Of a stretch of DNA of 10,010 nt, positions 6,157 through 10,010 are shown piece after piece. This DNA is from Octopus sinensis (taxonomy: Eukaryota). The stretch spans positions 1 through 10,010 of the forward strand of contig NW_021827413.1 in the NCBI RefSeq assembly GCF_006345805.1, written 5' to 3'. Each line of letters begins with the position of its first letter. Positions within the stretch are counted from its first letter, which is position 1. Position numbers and translations under genes: made by a program. The notes beneath the pieces are model-generated. The model did not search any database. It was not told the origin of the DNA and saw only the letters and a program-made list of their open reading frames with translations.

Positions 6157-6800
6157 TATCTGTCAGTCTATATGTCCATATATGTGTGTGTGTGTGTGTC
6201 ATATTTGTATGTTTCTGTTGGTGTATGTATATATGTATATATAAATATTTGCGTCCATTAAAGAATACTTTGTAAGCACTCTGTAGGTATCAAACTCGGC
6301 TAGCTAAATTGCCCAGTGAATTCCACAGTAATCTTCATACGTTGTAAATTCACTTTCTGCCGCCTGTCCAGTTTGTTAATCAGATGATCAGACCCTTAAT
6401 GAATACAGTATATATGCAGTCAATAGCCACAGAGCATAATAGGAAAAGCACACAAAAATGGAGATGATTTATTCATAATTTATCAGCTACGTACGTTTCA
6501 AATAGAATAACATAACACAAAATGCTGTAATACAGCACTTAAGCACAACTTAAACGATCCTATATTTGATCGAATACAGAGAATGAGAGAGAGGAATTCT
6601 GTATCATCCTATTTTCATCAAAATTATAGAATCATAGCTTTTAAGGGAATAAATAGTAAATTTGAGAGATATTTCAGATAAAATTACAATTCTTTTTTAC
6701 CTGATTAATTTATCAACTAAATAGATTTATTGTAATGTACAATACCGTCTTTTCGTATTAAAAAATGTGTGTGGCAGGCATAACTGCTGTTTGTATTCAT

Positions 6801-6992
6801 GTAGCTCTCTGTGATTTTTGCCTGTTCCCCAAGTTGAAGAAAAACCTCAAGTACAGTCATTTTGAGGATGAAGGAGGCTGTGACAAGGATCCTGGGCACC
6901 TTCTCTTTGGAGGACTTCCTTGGAGCCTTCACGAAGTGGCTGCAGCGCTGTAGCAAGTGCATGAAGTCAAATGATTCTACTTTGAAGATTAG
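6801..6992 (+). pseudogene. C-terminal fragment of a second mariner-type transposase (irritans-like)
   Basis: Translates with frameshifts as VALCDFCLFPKLKKNLKYSHFE / MKEAVTRILGTFSLEDFLGAFTKWLQRCSKCM / SYFED*. This matches the (A)PCDFxLFPKLK...W..R..KC....G.YFE end of mariner transposases. Subfamily assignment is inference. Confidence 0.75.
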
Positions 6993-7016
6993 AGTTTTGT
7001 TCTCCTTTATGATTAT

Positions 7017-7062
7017 GGGGTTGATTTATTTGACTAAAACTTCTTCATGACTGAAACAAGTA
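7017..7062 (+). mobile_element. SINE 3'-tail remnant (left half, split by the mariner)
   Basis: GGGGTTGATTTATTTGACTAAAA matches the reverse complement of 404-426 (18/23, all differences transitions). It is followed by TGACTGAAACAAGTA, the tail of this SINE family as recalled. Confidence 0.6.
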
Positions 7063-8328
7063 TTGGGTTGTCCAGAAAGTTCGTGCCGATTGTTAAAGGA
7101 AAGAAAAAGGTCAATAAATACTTGCCATTACATTTTTACTCAACCAAATATGAACCATTTTGTTGTACAATGCGTCTCCATCTTTCCTTAAACTTGAAAA
7201 CCCCAGAATTGAGGTGGTTTCATGGCAAAGAATTCATGAAGGTATCTTTTTACGTCATCCAAGGAATTGAAATTTTTCCCATTAAGACTATTCTGCAGAA
7301 ACCTGAATAAGTGGAAATCCAAAGGAGCAATATCTAGTGAATATGGAGGTTGGGGTAACACATCCCAGCCGAGCTGCAGCAATTTTTGTCTGGTTCCAAA
7401 AGAAACGTGCGGTCTTGCATTATCATGTTGGAAAACAATACCCTTCTTGTTGGCCAATTCTGGACATTTCTCTTGAATTGCTGCTTTTAACTCGTCCAGT
7501 TGTATGCATTATTTCTCAGAATTAATTGTCTGGTTACTTGGGAGAAGCTCATAGTACAGAATTCCTTTCCAATCCCACCAGACCCAAAGTCAAGACATTT
7601 TTATGGTGAAGACCCACTTTTGGGGTGGCTAAGGGTGACTCATGTCGCTTACTCTAGGATCGCTTTCTCTGAACATTTCGATAGATAATCCATTTCTCAT
7701 CACCTGTCACAATTTGCTTTAAAAAAAGGCGCGTTTTCATTCCGTTTATAAAGCGAATCACAGATGGAAATGCGATCCAAAAGGTTCTTCTCACTCAACT
7801 CATGTGATACTCTACCATTGTAGCAATTTGCTACCAGGTGCTAATGAACGACGGATTTTGATAGGTTGAGGCTTTCTGCCAATTCTCGAGTTGTGCAATG
7901 TGGGTTATTCTCAATTAATTACTTGATTTGGTCATCATCTGTAGTGGACGGTCTGTCTGATCGCTCCTTATCAATAAGGCTACAATCTCCAGCTTGGAAC
8001 CTTGCGAAAGGCTTCCGTAAAGTTCTTTCGGATAAAGAAACATCACCGTAAACTGCACATATTTCTTTGGTTGTTTGTGAGGCATTTTCCCTTTACGGAA
8101 AAAAAATCGCTCAAGTGCCGAAAATGAACTTTCTTATCTTCTATTTTAAAGGGTTACGGAATTAACACAGGTTATAGGAACATAAAAGCCTTCTTCCACG
8201 AAAAGATAGCTTTAACTGTGTTCTAAATGGAGGTGTAGTCAAATCCTATTTTATGGACTCAACCATGTTCTAAAATAAGTCGAAAGGTAAGCTACTATAA
8301 ATCAGCACGGACTTTCCGGACAACCCAA
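7063..8328 (-). mobile_element. Full-length defective mariner (DD34D) DNA transposon, 1266 bp
   Basis: 29-bp TIRs at 7063-7091 (TTGGGTTGTCCAGAAAGTTCGTGCCGATT) and 8300-8328 are 26/29 identical. TA target duplication at 7061-7062 and 8329-8330. Internal transposase remnant present. Confidence 0.97.
7136..8144 (-). pseudogene. Mariner transposase pseudogene
   Basis: Manual translation: (M>I)EDKKVHFRH...ICAVYGD...RPSTTDDDQIK*...VSHEL (WVPHEL motif)...IVTGDEKWIIY...WVWWDWKGILYYELLP...HDNARPH...PPYSLDIAPLDFHLF...ERWRRIVQQNGSYLVE*. There are 34 residues between the second and third Asp. Start is ATG>ATA, with four in-frame stops and at least five frameshifts. Confidence 0.96.
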
Positions 8329-8330
8329 TA

Positions 8331-8365
8331 AAAGAAGGTTAAAGATAAAGTAAAAGATAAAAGAT
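8331..8365 (+). mobile_element. SINE tail repeat (right half, after the mariner)
   Basis: AAAGAAGGTTAAAGATAAAGTAAAAGATAAAAGAT is a degenerate (TAAAAGA)n-like tail continuing from CAAGTA at 7057-7062. Confidence 0.5.
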
Positions 8366-8415
8366 GAAGATATATACATACACGTGGGTGGGGTGTACCT
8401 ACTCATGTACACAAG

Positions 8416-8578
8416 TCCAAATTCCGCCGAGGTCGACCTTGCTTTTCATTCTTTCGGGATTGATAAAATTAGTGCCACTCAATACTCTGGTCGATGTAAT
8501 CGACTTCCCCCCTCTCAAAACGCTACTGGCCTGTGCCAAAAATTTGAAACTGTTATTACTAATACTTAATAATAATTA
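8416..8578 (+). mobile_element. 5'-truncated SINE of a third family (copy D)
   Basis: TCCAAATTCCGCCGAGGTCGACCTTGCTTTTCATTCTTTCGGGATTGATAAAA...GGTCGATGTAATCGAC...TGTGCCAAAAATTTGAAAC plus a TTA/TAA-like tail. Matches a common Octopus SINE body by recall. The A-box is absent. Confidence 0.7.
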
Positions 8579-8582
8579 CAGT

Positions 8583-8668
<86 letters not shown>
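8583..8668. repeat. (TAGA)n microsatellite, about 21 units
   Basis: Directly visible pure array. Confidence 0.98.
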
Positions 8669-9012
8669 TTATACACACCCATATATATATGACGGACTTC
8701 TGTTATGTGTTCATGTTATGTGTTGGAGCGTTTGCGTCTTTCTACATGTATGTGTGTATACATTTATTACAGTTGGAAGATTTTTGAAAGATGAGCATGT
8801 CCTTATCACGGAGTCATTGAAATATATAACGAGATTTTTAAAGAAGTTATACCGCCAATATTTTCTCTCTTTAAGAGAAAAAAAAAACGGTGTTCCTTAC
8901 GTAAATTTATATATTTCTATATTCATTTCTATATTTATTTATCTATTTAATTATTCAATTTCATTTCTTTTCTTATTTTATTTGTAAAAAATCAGGTTCC
9001 AATTAACATTTC

Positions 9013-9107
9013 GTTTCTTGACTTGAAATAGAAATGAATAAAGCAGACGATACATTAAAGTTTCTTGACTTAAAATAAAAATGGATAAAAGCAGACGATA
9101 CGTTAAA
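9013..9107. repeat. Diverged tandem duplication, 47/48-bp unit, 2 copies
   Basis: GTTTCTTGACTTGAAATAGAAATGAATAAAGCAGACGATACATTAAA versus GTTTCTTGACTTAAAATAAAAATGGATAAAAGCAGACGATACGTTAAA (4 substitutions, 1 indel). Confidence 0.93.
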
Positions 9108-9202
9108 TCTCTTTAATTTCACTGTTATTAAATTGAACTTCTTTTTATTTCATTTTATTTTTCACTTTTCTCAGCATTTCTATTTTACTTTGCATTCGTG
9201 TT

Positions 9203-9221
9203 TTCCTTCTTCTTCTTCTTC

Positions 9222-9257
<36 letters not shown>

Positions 9258-9369
9258 TATTTTATTCTGCTTCTTTTTCTTCTTCTTCTTCTATTTCTTC
9301 TACTTCTACTTCTACTACTACTACTCTTCTTCTACTTCTTCTTCTTCTACTTCTTCTTCTTCTACTTCT

Positions 9370-9401
<32 letters not shown>

Positions 9402-9408
9402 TTCATTC

Positions 9409-9456
<48 letters not shown>

Positions 9457-9665
9457 TGCTGCTTTTTCTTCTGCTACTTTTTCTACGTCTCCTTCTTCTT
9501 CTTCTCCTTCTTCTTCTCCTTCTTCTTTTTCTTCTTCTCCTTCTTTTTCTTCTCCTTCTTCTTTTTCTTCTTCTCCTTCTTCTTTTTCTTCTCCTTCTTC
9601 TTTTTCTTCTTCTTCTTCTTTTTCTTCTTCTTCTTCTTCTTCTTCTTCTTCTTCTTCTTCTCTTC

Positions 9666-9704
<39 letters not shown>

Positions 9705-10002
9705 TGCTTCTTTTTCTTCTGCTACTTCTTCTTCTTCTTCTTCTTCTCCTTCTTCTTCTTCTTCTTCTTCTCCTTCTCCTTCTTCTTTTTCTTCTTCTTC
9801 TTCTTCTCCTTCTTCTTCTTCTTCTTCTTCTTCTCCTTCTCCTTCTTCTTTTCTTCTTCTTCTTCTTCTTCTTCTTCTTCTTCTCTTCCTCCTCCTCCTT
9901 CTACAATTGCTAATCTACCTATACTCCTCCTCCTCCTCCACGTCCTCTTTCTTCCTCCTCAATGCTCCAATTTTTTTTACTCTTCTTTTTTTATCTTCTT
10001 AA
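9203..10002. repeat. Compound (TTC)n/(TTA)n/(CTA)n/(CTC)n microsatellite field
   Basis: Directly visible; the + strand is nearly purine-free outside the TTA/CTA blocks. Confidence 0.96.
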
Positions 10003-10010
10003 CAATCTCC

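Noticed and set aside
6287-6327. Possible 41-nt exon (TAG|G...CACA|GTAATC; YQTRLAKLPSEFH)
   Set aside because: Weak pyrimidine tract and no recognisable peptide; such site pairs are common by chance in AT-rich DNA.
7188-7457. 89-aa ORF as a functional transposase
   Set aside because: Only the catalytic C-terminal part of a pseudogene with multiple stops and frameshifts; no real start codon.
8681-8701. ATATATATATGACGGACTTCT resembling the SINE A segment at about 601-620
   Set aside because: Match too short to support an element call.
9133-10002. 289-aa Phe/Ser/Leu/Tyr-rich ORF
   Set aside because: Direct translation of the TTC/TTA/CTA microsatellite field.

Overview
AT-rich eukaryotic non-coding DNA with no intact, identifiable host gene. 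The SINE families resemble, from recall rather than a search, those of Octopus/cephalopod genomes. The window is a mosaic of mobile elements and simple repeats. It holds several tRNA-derived SINE copies, including one inserted into another with a 13-bp TSD. A full-length but dead 1266-bp mariner (TA TSD, 29-bp TIRs, DD34D pseudogene) sits inside a SINE tail, next to a fragment of a second, unrelated mariner. There is also a Penelope-like fragment in (TA)n and a retroelement-like 3' end in (TCTA)n. Not explained by ordinary repeat annotation: (i) two type I hammerhead-ribozyme-like folds (6007-6044 + and 1363-1481 -) sharing a non-canonical CCGANGA core and a GUA cleavage triplet, one with a 92-nt stem II insert; (ii) a near-perfect 225-bp palindrome (110-bp arms, 1 mismatch, 5-nt loop) that copies the first bases of a SINE; (iii) a promoter-like core (TATA, YY1, E-box and CRE-like motifs) at a C-rich to G-rich strand switch, with a candidate minus-strand first exon. 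Almost all ORFs in the supplied track are trinucleotide-repeat artefacts.
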